DNA of 54,854 nucleotides from Trypethelium eluteriae (Eukaryota): NCBI GenBank assembly GCA_051942245.1, contig JAVECL010000095.1, positions 1 to 54,854 of the forward strand, read 5' to 3'. Shown piece by piece: positions 12,735 to 24,856 of this stretch (position 1 is its first letter; each line of letters starts with the position of its first letter). The notes under the pieces were generated by a model. It saw only the letters and a program-made list of their open reading frames with translations, ran no database searches and was not told where the DNA came from. The position numbers and the translations under genes were made by a program.

Positions 12735-14241
12735 TGGGACTGTTGTCGGGTGTGATATCCATTTTTCCTTGCTACTGGCGTAACGACTGGTTACGCTATC
12801 CTCCCTGATCTCAAGTTCTCGTTTGTTCGAAAGGCACTTCGAATGGCACAGTCTCCTTTGTATCCTCTTCACAACATGTAAGATACCAAAGGCCAAATGC
12901 GTCTAGCATGGTCATGGGCGTGGTTTGGCCAACCAAGCCACAACGATTTTTTAGCAAATAATCCATATGCATTTTAGTATTCCCTCCAACGCTCATCCAA
13001 AGGATCATTCTTACTACAAGTAAATGGAGCCTCAGCAGGATTTTTTGCCAGACTTAGCATGTGCTTCTGCTCGGAAATGCTGAATAGCTCTTGTCATACA
13101 AGTACGGAGAGCCTCGAATGTTGGATATGGGGGGCGAGAAAGTGCCTAAGGTACATTTGGAGATTTCCCCAGGCTGCAAGGATTGCATCACGGCAACGCG
13201 CCGTCTTAGGTTCCCCACAGCCACCACACGGTGACACGCAAATGATTTGATTTTCTACGTTCCGCAATAGCAGATAGCAGCCTGGCTACGTCAGAACAGT
13301 CCTCAGAGCTCTGCTAACGGCAGGACCTCTATTACTTAATGAATGCTCGTTTGGTGTGCCATCGATGGCTCGTGAGGATAGCGCCGGAGACGGAGCTTGA
13401 AGGAGCTCCCCCACGCTATCCTTGTTCTCTCTCAGACAAGCGAATGGAAGCCGGGTTCACCACTTGATTTTTCGTTCCGGTACCAGGCCGCCCGTTCCTA
13501 GAAAGATGGGTTCTCACATCGGTACTCCGTCCCTCTGGCAGCATCTCTCAGTGGGATTCAGGCTGCACACCGTTCATAGCTGTGGCTATGGGCGACGGTT
13601 CAAAATAACGAGGCTTCGTAGTGGAACGGCGAGAGTCGTTTGTGGTTTTCAAGCAGTTCCATAGTTTGTAACAGAATATAGGAGTTCAAGGCGTCGCGAA
13701 TGCCGTAATCGCTTGGGGTCCACTGACCACTGGGCGGTGGGGCGTTCTGATTGCAGAGCACGATATCGATTCCCCCACGCCAGACAAAGTCGCCCTTAGC
13801 AAGATCTAGTCAAGGCCCACACCTTGCCTTGCGCCATGCCGACCACCTGCAGCCCGTTCTGATGCTCTGACAGGAAGGATCTGCGCTGCCAAACCCCTCT
13901 CTGCTCCATTCGCCAGAAGTCTCAACTTCGTTTACGACTCCATCATTCGTACAAAGACTGCAGCTCGCCCAACGTCTCTGAGCACACATACTCAGTGTCA
14001 CAACATCGACCCCGCCGCGCAACGGCAATATCAACCACGCCGCCTCCACCACGGCTTCGCACGCCAGCGGGTCTCACGCCACCCGCGGCCCCCCAGCGCT
14101 CGAAATAGGAATTTCGACTTTCACCTGCAATAGGTCCGTTCGGGCTGACGACACTCTGAGTTCATTGCGGGGAGAGCAAGCTGCACCCTTAGGATACCTG
14201 CTCTGCGCCTGCGCCAAAAGATTCACTACAATTGTCTTACT

Positions 14242-16563
14242 ATGAACAATACGAGCGACTTATCATGGCCGCAATCCGAGCAGCAATTCGAGCCTATGAT
14301 TCCCACTGGAGACGAAGAGCTCTCCAACCTCCTCAATCTCGACCTTGACATTAATTTCCCTACATTCGAGTCGAACGTCGAGAGCTCTCAGAACCATGTT
14401 CAATCAGCGGAGGGTGCGCACAATGCTCATACTCAGCAACAGCAGTTCCAGGCAAATCGTGCTGCGACAGAGAATGTCTACAGACAAGAACAACTCGCGC
14501 ATATGCAGGACACACATAGTCGTCTTGCAAATGGTATGCGACACCAACAGCACATGCACGGCATGGCTGAGTTGCCTCCGACAAGCAATGGTTTTGCTCC
14601 TATGAATATCCAGGCGTCGTATTCCCATCAACAGCAGCCTCACCCTCACCAATTCCACGAGGGTCAAGGATTACCATTTCAGCAACACCAGCAGACGTTA
14701 CCACATCATCATTTTGTGCCACCTACTCCGAATAGCATGGAACTGCAGGGAGATCGGGAAAAGTATCTTGCTCGTGTGGACCCAAATGCCTTAGACCACC
14801 GTTATCAGCTCAGGCACAATGACCCAGTACGTATATACAAGCGCACTTAGTTTTCAACAGCTGAGGGTTTCTTCAGATGTCTTTCACCCCATTAGTATCA
14901 CCTGCAGTGACACCCCATGAGGCCAACTTCCAAATACCTCCTGAATTTACTGTCCCTGGAGCATACTTCAGCCCACTATCATCGCCGATGCTAGAAGCGC
15001 AGCGCAATTCACAGCGAACTGTCACGTCAAACCCTAGACATACTGCCAGTCCTGCTACCACTTCTCCCGTCGACCCAGACGTGGACATGCAAGACGAGTC
15101 GATAGGAGAACCTGCAAAGAAACTGAGAAAAAAGGTCTCAAACCCAGGTCCTCGTTCCGTGGCAAATGCTGCGCGAGCAAGGCAGTCTCCTATCTCCAAG
15201 GGACAGCGAAAGAGAGGGGCTATCTCTGGGTCAAATGCCACGAAAGATGTCTCATGTATGCTCAGCGATTCACAAAGAACGAAAGTCATATCGAACCGCC
15301 CATCGTCGGCAGCTGGTCTCACTCCAGGACCAACGCAAGATAGTTCAGAAGCCGACTCGGTCTCGCCAGAGCCCTTGACAGAATTTGCTATGCGGCCTCC
15401 TCCCAAACCAAATTCTAAGACACAGTCTCCGGCAATTCTTCCGCAGAGCCAGACTGGGGCCCCTTCTTTATCGGACGGCAGTCTTGGTTCACCCGCCACT
15501 CCGGCGTCGCTAATGCGTATTCAGCAGCAACAGCAAGTCGATACCACTGGTGGTGCACTCTTGCCGACTTCTTCCGCTACTGGAGGTGTGCAGCCTGCAC
15601 AACAATCGCAGCCATCGCTTGAAGACTTCGCTCTTCCTGAAGCAGCTAGCAACACTCGTCCACTGCTCCATAGTCTTAACACCTTGGCTCTCCCCGCCGA
15701 GGATCAGGCTACCCCTCGCGTCTCTGCACGGGAAGTGCAAGGTTCAGGAAACGTGACCGTTAGCACACCTACTGCTGTCACTTCTGGTATTTCTGCGAAA
15801 CCAAGTCCAAGAAGTAGTGCCATCAGATCACCTACGGCACCTCCAGGATCCTCTGGTAGTGGCAGTAAGATAGATAGTAAAGGTGGGCGTAGTAACAAAA
15901 AGAGAAACAGCACTGGCTCTGCACTCGTAAGCCCAGCTCTAAGGCCCAAAATTTCGCCGAGTATTAAACCGCTGCTTCCCGAGGGTGGTGAGTAACTCTC
16001 ATCAACACATCCCATCAATCTATCGAAGATTCTAATGAGCACCTACAGTTAATGTAACTGACGAGCACCATGCGCTCCTCCTCGCCTCCAAATCCAACTA
16101 TCAGAACCTCATCGACGGCACCCGCCTCCCAGGCGTCAACTACCCGCAGGAGCTCTCCACCAATCTCACCTCAAAACGTACTTCACACAAGATCGCCGAG
16201 CAGGGACGCCGCAACCGCATCAACACTGCTCTGCAAGAGATGCAATCCCTGCTTCCAAGCCCCCAAATCGCGCCCAAAGACGGTAGCAGCAGTGCCAAAG
16301 ATGACAGCAAGAGCCCGGTTGACGGCGGTGCCGACAGCGGATCAGCAGGAGGCGGCAAGGCGAGCGGAAGCAGCGCAGCGCAGGCGACCGCGCAGAGCAA
16401 CAGCAAAGCGGCGACGGTGGAGAGCGCGATCGAGTACATCAAGCAGCTGAAGCGCGAGGCGGAGCAGCGGGACCAGGAGATTGAAGACTTGAGGAGGCAA
16501 TTGGGGCAGGCGAGCCCGGGCGCGGGCGGAGGGCCGGGCAGTGCGAGCACGAAGGTTGCTTGA
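14242..16563 (+). CDS. nuc-1: Phosphorus-acquisition bHLH transcription factor (NUC-1/PalcA/Pho4-like)
   Basis: Exons 14242-14826, 14877-15987, 16049-16563. Motifs FTPLVSPAVTP, PGAYFSPLSSP, SPALRPKISPSIKPLLP, LLASKSNYQNL; basic region KRTSHKIAEQGRRNRINTALQEM and helix 2 SKAATVESAIEYIKQL. Confidence 0.93.
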
Positions 16564-18833
16564 GGGGAACTGTCGGCAGCTAGTGCGCTCTGATGGCGCC
16601 CCTTCTACAAATGGGAGTTTTGACGCCTGAAGTCCAATCCCTCGGTCGATTGTGTAAACGGCTCATGATGAAGAGCCATGGACGTGACATGACGGTGGAT
16701 GACGAGGCTGCTTGACTCATTTTGCACGGAGTGAACTTGGTCGTCCCGTGACATGGTTGTTTCAGCTCACCTTACCAGACATGCTCGTCTCCATAAAAGC
16801 CAGTGGTACTGTATATGGCGTTGGGGGTTCGATTCAACCATTTGCAACAAGGTTCTTCTGCTTTCGTGGTATCTCGGTTGCCCTCTCCTTTCTCTTTCCT
16901 CCTCTCTTATCTCACACTATCTTATGCTGGTACGCCGGCGGCTGTCTGGTTTTAGTTCCTTCTCCTATCTGCATTATCATTCATACCTCAATGTACATAC
17001 GTTCTCCTTCTCTATAATGTTGGCGGCTTTCGTGCTTTATGCGATGTTTGCTTTTCAAACTCTTTCTTGGCCCATGGATTGGTTGTTAGAAGTTCCCGCT
17101 TTGCTTGCTTAGTTGGTGTGGATTTAGGCTTGTGCATGCAGCGATCGTGAGGCTGCACGCAGCATGGGCGGGATATTCTGAGGCAGTGATTGGATTTTGG
17201 AGAGGACCTAATGCTGTTACGAAGCACGACAGACGGCCGGGGTGAACTGGAGGATTTCAGAGATGATTAGGTAGGGAGATAGTTGCACGTCCATAGTCAA
17301 AGACAAATTAACGTGCTGTCATTCAGAACTATCGACTCTGTCAGAGCAGCGATCTTAATGCACCCTCACGCCTGGGCACTAGCGTCAGTCCTAGTGATGG
17401 ACCAACCTAGACTCCATTTTGCTTGAGCACGCTCATTGATTCAGATCAGATCAAGCGAAGAAGAATAAGCCAAAAGACTGTAAGAAGGCTTTTTCGACTT
17501 TGTTTCTGTGATTATAGTGTCGAAGGATATCGCACCAGCTTTTGTGGTCATCTCTACATGGTGAAAGGATGAGCTAAATTGTTGACTGGGAAGAACTCAA
17601 AAGTCTACAACCGTTACTTCCAAACACTGCACTATGGTGGCCACTGCAAAAGAGCTTGAGGACTTGACCTCTGCATCAAGAACATCCTACACTGTGATTT
17701 AGCAAGGTCTGACAGCATTGCGAGGAGAAGCGCACATGCTCGTGGCACAGTCTATCGTATTCGTCCCCAGATATGTGTAGGTTTCGAGGATCTGACCGGC
17801 AGACGTCCCTACAGCCATGCTTTCTCATGTATCCGTTGAGGTGGCTGGACTCAAAACGGCAGTGACTGAGACATGATGTTGAGAATGGCTAACTGCGATC
17901 AGAGTCATTCAGCATTTTTCTTTGCGAGTCGTCGACTGTTCAATAGGCATAGTCTATCGCATTGCTATTGGTTGCAATCGGGACTGTATCACGTCTTGGG
18001 CTCCACGGTCTCTTTGAACGCGGTATAGATCGTCCAGGAAAGTTTCTATGCCCGCTACCGACTCGATGAAAGACTGAAAAGAGGCTGCAACAGCAGAGGA
18101 AGGTACGAGAGAAAGTGAGGAGGTTGATTCTCCCTTTGTGCCAGGTACTGTGGCCTGAGACCTCCACAGGGAGAAAATAGCTGACATCACCAGAATTGTG
18201 CCAACACAGATTTTGGCGAGGTTCCTATTGACCACTGGGCAGTTTCAGATGCCTACCAAGTGGAGGAGTCGCCATGAGCGTCGGTGTAAGCCGTCGGGTG
18301 CGTCAACGGAGGGGACAGGGGCGCAGGGCAGGGTTACGTATCTACTCTTACTCTAATATACCGTACTCAGGGGTCCCCGAAACAGCAAGGCCGGATATCT
18401 TAATACCTTCGCATGCCCCGAATTTTTACAGTACTCCCGTATGATGCAACTGAGAACGGCGTGCCCTTCTCCTTACGCCATGCGCAGATTATTCTTGTGT
18501 GCTGTCAATAAAATTTGATTGCATTTCTTCATGGTGCTACACACGATCCGACGCCACATCTTCGGCAGCCCCACGCATGCTGCTTGCAACAGATTATGGA
18601 AACCTGGTCGTCGTAGCCACAGATCATCCATTTCTGGTCCACAAATCCGAAGGATAGGAACTGTTGCCTATACGTCTTCAGGGATGCATGACTTTATCCT
18701 AGGGAAAGATTTAAGGTATACCTAACAGCCCACTTCAATGTATCACATCTTGGCACAGCTTCGCGATCTGCTTTGTTATTCGTAGATTCTCGTATCATCC
18801 TCAAATCTCAAAATCTTCAGCCTCTCCTATGTA

Positions 18834-19988
18834 ATGGGTACTACAGCCTACTATAATAATAAAATAAGCATGTCGGACTCTTTCATTGCAATTACTTTCT
18901 GTCTCGCCATCCTAACCCAAGGGGCGCTTGCGACGCTGCCCTCTAGCTCAATTCACAATGTGAAGCATCTCACAACCAATTACACGCCATGTGCGCCTGA
19001 TACTTGCGGAATTGAGTGCATGCAAGGATCTAAGACTGGTAGCAACTCTACAGTCCCCACTGCAACTCTGTTTGGGAGTTCGGCTCCGGATGCCATCAAC
19101 TCAGCCTCCGAGAGTATCAACTCATCGAGGCCAGCGGAACTCACAAACGGCCTACAAAAGCATGCAACCCGACCGGGAAAGCGGGTTCTCCCATCGCTTC
19201 CTGCGATTACCGAGCTACCAGCATATGTTGCTGGATTGTCGAGGTACATTTCCCTGAACAACCAATGGATCCTTCGCGATCCCACTAATAATAGGTTCTC
19301 GACCACTAATGCATGGTTATTCCCGAAATACGGGGGGAGTGCTGTCGGAATCAATCGGCTCACCGGATGCTCATCCGTCATAATCATATCCTCGAGAGGC
19401 GTCTTTGTGTCGCATTTAGCCGAGGTACCTACCTTTATAAGTAGGAGAGGTTCTCGACCAGACATGAACAATTTCTATCGGAGAACGATACTGACCCTGA
19501 GAGAAGGGAACCCTTCTCTAGGACTGGACTTCCTTACGCAACCAGGACAGATTCTAGCGCCGGAGCATGATCCCCAGGTCTTTGTCTTTACACCTTTTTG
19601 TACTGAACAGGATAGAGGGAGGGGAATCGATACAACTTTCAGATATGAGAGGGAAATCGATAATCTTACAGAAAGTTTACGCAACTACTTTCCGCACGCT
19701 AGGACAGACCCGGAAATCTTAGGGTACACCAGACGCACCGTTCGAGATGCAAGAAGCAACTTCGTGACCGGCGTAAGCCCATTCGCCGGCTTTGGTGGAC
19801 GGGTTATTGTGGAATTTGATGCCGACGAACGAGACATTGAGACACCGCAAGTCACTTATCGCTTAGGAAAATGGAGATTATGGCTCGAAGACACGGTAAT
19901 GAAGGAGAGTTATTACTGTCATGGTTCTGTCGCTCACACGGTTGAAGACAGTAGGAGTGAAGTAGGGAGCGCATTTGGAAGGCCCTAG
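18834..19988 (+). CDS. Uncharacterised secreted protein with a putative CNF1/CheD-like Cys-His catalytic motif
   Basis: Intronless 384-aa ORF. Signal-peptide-like stretch after the second Met (18870: MSDSFIAITFCLAILTQGALA), S/T-rich pro-region, dibasic KR at residues 116-117, then a globular domain with INRLTGCSSVIIISSRGVFVSHLAE. The function is inferred. Confidence 0.8.
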   Translation: MGTTAYYNNKISMSDSFIAITFCLAILTQGALATLPSSSIHNVKHLTTNYTPCAPDTCGIECMQGSKTGSNSTVPTATLFGSSAPDAINSASESINSSRPAELTNGLQKHATRPGKRVLPSLPAITELPAYVAGLSRYISLNNQWILRDPTNNRFSTTNAWLFPKYGGSAVGINRLTGCSSVIIISSRGVFVSHLAEVPTFISRRGSRPDMNNFYRRTILTLREGNPSLGLDFLTQPGQILAPEHDPQVFVFTPFCTEQDRGRGIDTTFRYEREIDNLTESLRNYFPHARTDPEILGYTRRTVRDARSNFVTGVSPFAGFGGRVIVEFDADERDIETPQVTYRLGKWRLWLEDTVMKESYYCHGSVAHTVEDSRSEVGSAFGRP

Positions 19989-22637
19989 TGAAGCTACAGA
20001 TATCGTATTCGATCAATTAAATCTAGATTTGCTTATATCCTGCTTTTATACCTTCACTATTCCAAGTACCCATTTAGCAAATAATGAGAAATGCCCCCAA
20101 ATTCTTTAGGATAGGTCATACACTCATTCTTCGTAAAGGGCTTTGCTCGGTGGTAGAAGAAGAAAGACTCGATATACTACACCATTTATGCTATTGCTGC
20201 CCCTACCAGTTCATCAGTAATTCAGCAATACTGGTAATCACTGAAGAAGTCCTTCTTCTGTTTTGCGCATTAGCGCAGAAGAGTCGTAAAGACAGCAATC
20301 AAAGTCGGGATGGTGGCTCACCTCAAGATTACATAATAAACGGATGTGTCTATATCAGAAAGGTTGAGTGCTTTCAATGAGAAGCTGAAGGATTATTGTG
20401 CTCATAGCGTGATATATTGTGAGTCTCCGAAGTCTTGGGTTGGCTTAGGTCTAAGATGGATTTGTTACCATCTGCTTAGTGCAAACTTTACTACGAGGAC
20501 TGAAGCTTTGTAATGCTTCTTGAGGTGAGTAATTCGATACAAGCTCGGGGCACGATTTTATTGGTCGGCTACGCCGATGCTCCACTTATCAACGATTTCC
20601 ATGTATCTCACTTACTAAGTCCTTGGGGTTTTGGTCATCGCTTGTGGCGGACTAACTAGACGCAAACTTGTCAGCACTATTGCTCTGGGTGTTTCGAAGG
20701 ATTGGTGTCTTTAGGCACTCAGAAAATGATATGCAGAACATTAATCGTCTCATTGACAGTAACGAACACGATAGCCGCGGATAGTTCTTAACAGACAGCC
20801 AGATTCTGCGCGTAAAAACGCTGGAGACGTGGATTTCCTAAGGGAGGATTCCCCGTGTGGACAAGGGAGACCAAAGGCAACTCTTAACAAGCACTAAGGC
20901 CCCCGAATCACCAGGTTTTGAGATTCGATACAAGCTGCACAGAAATCAAGGAGGTGAAGATGGCATAGGGTTGATCTTGTTTCGTTTCATGACCACGTAC
21001 AATAGGAGCACCCTGAGTTGGCGCATGAATTGTGCAAACCGGATCGCGTGGATGAGGCGTCATGTTGCTGCTAGGAGGTGCATTTTATGACCAAGGGTCT
21101 GCCTCCGCGATGGGTGGCAAAGCCCCATCCGGAATTTGGCGCAGGTAGCGTGAGAAGTATGAAGCCACCTCCAGACGGTGGCGCCAATGGTTGAGCATTT
21201 TTCTTGGGTACGGAGGTCTGACACTTTGCGTAGCGATGTCCGAGAACCCGGTCGGCCATGCTTTTGTGCAGCATTTGATAGAGCAATTGTCCAATCAATC
21301 AGTTGATTTAAAGGGTGAGAAACCGGATGAAGTGGCTATAAGCAATCGAGACCCGAATGCCTGAGTGTTTGTCGAAGAGAAATGAAAGGAAAGAATAGGG
21401 CTGATGTGGAGAAGAAGCTGTTGTGCAACGGCCATATTATCCGCATGCTAATAGACATCGCGGAAAAGTCGTGTACATCATCACTTCATGCAGACAAGGC
21501 CAAGATGAACTCTCTGGTCTATCGCATGCCGAGTCGAGGGTAAAGTGCTGCAATGTCGGCTCCCCACATACAAGCGCGGAAGCTCAACGGACGAGACGTC
21601 TAAGCAGATCTAAGGTCGCAGATGGGGATCTTTGCAAGGACAGCATAAGCAACGGAGGTGAGAAATTCAAAGCCAAGGGGGGCAGGGCAAGATAATGAGG
21701 TCACGCCTACCGACCTCCTGAGGCCTCTTTTTTGGGAGAGATTTGCGGGTTCGATGCTGAGTTGGGGAATTTGATGTTACTGGAAAGGGAGCCTAGAGGA
21801 GCCCTGCGTAATTAGTACCTAGATCTGCTTCGGCGATCCTAGATTTTCCGGTCCCCGAAACAGCAGCGTCAACTTCAAACGTCGTGCTATCCACTTAGGT
21901 ACCAGGCCATGTACTCTTGCACTTCAAAGCTATGCTAATTCAGTGACCGTCAACCACGTTCCGACAATGCTTTCCACTGCTAGGCACTCAGCCACCATTT
22001 AGACAGTCACGCTGCTGCCTCCATTTCCATGCAGGGCCTTACCTAGCTAGCAGTGACGGCAAGACTACTTTGACAGTAGCAGCCAACCGAGAGAAGCTAC
22101 CACGGTATTGCCAGATCCATCACATCGCTAGCAATAGAAGCCACCGGATGTGAGACCGGCATCACCCCAGCCCTTACGTTGCCCGGCGTTGTGGCTCCCG
22201 ACCCTCCTTGAGCCGTGTGTCCCTTCTCTACGGAGTGTCATACCCTATATTGAAGTCGTAGTGGTGATCCCTATCAGTCATTGTCTTCCTGATGCACCAA
22301 TTGGTCTGAAAAGTACCAGTTGTCCGGACTTCGGACACGGGAACCATAGATATGTCTGGAGTATGACCTGACGGAAGCTGAGCATTTGCTTGTCGTCACT
22401 GAGCTGGGCACTGTTCTAGCTAGAATGATACCCGTCCTTTTCACATTGGCATTTTGAAGTCGGGCGAAACTTTCCAAATAGCTCTTCTCAGCCAGTCGCA
22501 GCATCGTAAGGAACAAAAGGGCGGTAGCCCTACAACTAAGTTCTGAATACTATATCAATCCCTTCTTGCGCTTCACAGTCGACTAGAACTTGTCGAAACG
22601 ATTGCAAGTCATTTAGTATCTGGTTATATCTTTCATC

Positions 22638-24856
22638 ATGGCTATCACTTATTCTTTAATCTTTTGCTTCTCTTTCTTCTGCGTTTCAGCCCTGATCAAA
22701 TGGACTACTGCCTTACGTCGTACTCGCCTGCCGGCAGGCGTCCGAAGGCTTCCTGGCCCGCGAGGTATGTCTGGGGCGTTCAGTGATGCTGTTCAAGCAC
22801 TGGCTTCCTCCTTCGACTAACCAGGCTATCACAGGTCTTCCGTTCATTGGATCCGTTCATGAGCTGCCTGAGCAATGTAGCTGGCTCAAATTTGCCGACT
22901 GGGCTCGGGAGTACGGTCCCATTTATCAAGTCAACCTTGGTGGTGTCAATCATATCTGGATATCCACCGACCATATTGCGCGCGATTTGTTAGCGAAGCG
23001 AGCAGCCATCTATTCCGATCGCCCTCATATTCCTGCTCTTATCGATGACAATCGAACCAGCGCGCAGTATTTACCTCTGCTAAGCAAGAACGGTACGTTG
23101 CGTATCGATCACTGTCAGATGAACAGCGGTACTGATCATTTCAGACGCATGGACCAGGCAGCGTAAATTCGCGAAACAGATCATGTCTCTGTCTGAGAAG
23201 GCTGGCTTCTACCAGTATCCAGAGCTTGAATCGAAGCGTATGCTGTACGAAATGATGAAAGATCCATCAAGATACAATGTATCCCTCGAATCATATATCG
23301 CTCGCGTCACCTCTCGTCTCGCATGGGGAACGCCGTCGTCCAGTGACGAGCTCAAACAAAGAGCACGTGAGCTTCTGATCGGCGTATCACCAACAGGCGC
23401 CCTTGGTAACAAGCTTCCCTTTCTGATGGATCTACCGGACTGGCTGGTCCCAGCCAAGGCGTGGGAGCGACGAAGAGCAAGAACAGAACGAAAATTCTTC
23501 GAAATTATGCAAGGAGCTGTAGAGGCAGAGATGGTACAGACAACTGAGAAGCCGAGTTGGACGCGATCCTTCCTTGAGAAGAAATCGTTATGGGGTTTCA
23601 AGAGCGTATTAGAAGGCGCATACGCAGTTGGTATGCATGGCATCGCTGGCGCCTTGACAATTGCGGCGCCCATGCAAAGCTTTTGCCTCGCCATGATACA
23701 TTATCCACAATACCAACACATCCTTCACGAGGAGGTTGATCGCGTCTGTGGCGATCGACCGCCATGCTTCGGGGACATGCCGAACATGCCCGTTCTCCGC
23801 GCATTCATCAGAGAGAGTATGAGGTGGAGGCCGGCGGTTCCGACTGGTCGGTTGCTCCCTCGCCACATATCATAGGTCGCAAGTTGACATTTGAGCTAGG
23901 TATCCCTCATGAATTGACTCAAGACGATGTGTACGAGGGTTACCACCTACCCGCAGGCAGTGTTATGCATCCTCTTGAATGGTTCGTTACTAGGTGATCC
24001 GCGAAGGGGCTCGTAGACTAAATTTGTTACTAGGTGCATCTCTCGTGACCCGACCATGTTCCCTGACCCAGAGGCTTACAACCCCATGCGCTGGCTGGAT
24101 CCGGCCTATTCGACTTTCAAGGAAGATTTGACCGTCCATCCTACCATTACGCAATACTCTCAATTTGGCTATGGCCGTCGCGTCTGTCAAGGCCAGGAAG
24201 TCACTGAAGCGGATATGTTCGTTGGTGTTGGTGCGATGGCGTGGCTTTTCAACATCTCCAAGGATGACCCAAATTCCGATGCAGACTCTGCCTATGAAAG
24301 TGGAGCAGACGAGTCCTTAGAGCAAGATGACCAGTTCCGAATGGATAAGAAGCCAGGTATTTCCGTAAACACGGGCATCGAGACTCCTCCCGATGAGAAA
24401 AGTATCGAAGTATGCCTTTCTACGTCTTGGGGAGCCTCCGCACTAAAGTCAGGGCTCGAAGATGTTTCGCCGATCCCTGGCACCTTCCCAACGTGGGCAA
24501 CCGAGTCAGAATCGCGGCTCAAGCAGATTCAGACACCTCCACCGACCCCTTCTGAACCACGAAAGCCTGAGGGTCTTACCCAATCGCTTGAATCTATTAG
24601 AGCGAACGGCAATATTCCAGAACCCACGATCACCAGCAGATCTGCTCCCTCTGACCCAACACTGGCCTTTTCGCCTCTTCTCATAGCAAAGCCGTATCCA
24701 TTTAAATTTTCCATGCGGATCAGGAATGCGGACCGTGCCGCTTTCGCTCGCCGAGAGTACGAGAAGCTTCGCCAAGAGGGTGAGTTTCCAGATGAGAAGG
24801 TGTACTGGAACGGCGGTACGGCTGGAGATGAGATGTATGGCTGGGGCAAAGTGTGA
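22638..24856 (+). CDS. Cytochrome P450 monooxygenase
   Basis: Exons 22638-22764, 22835-23092, 23145-23846, 23900-23981, 24034-24856. N-terminal membrane anchor plus LPGPRGLPFIG hinge, ExxR (ESMR), YNPMRW (PERF-equivalent) and heme motif FGYGRRVCQG. Confidence 0.95.

Noticed and set aside
16825..16840. GGTTCGATTC resembling a tRNA T-loop or Pol III B-box
   Set aside because: The flanks do not form a T-stem or cloverleaf, and it lies just downstream of nuc-1, probably in its 3' UTR.
17954..18235. 93-aa minus-strand ORF with a helical segment faintly like NLR N-terminal domains
   Set aside because: No ATG at the ORF-track start, no downstream NTPase domain or convincing continuation; similarity too weak.
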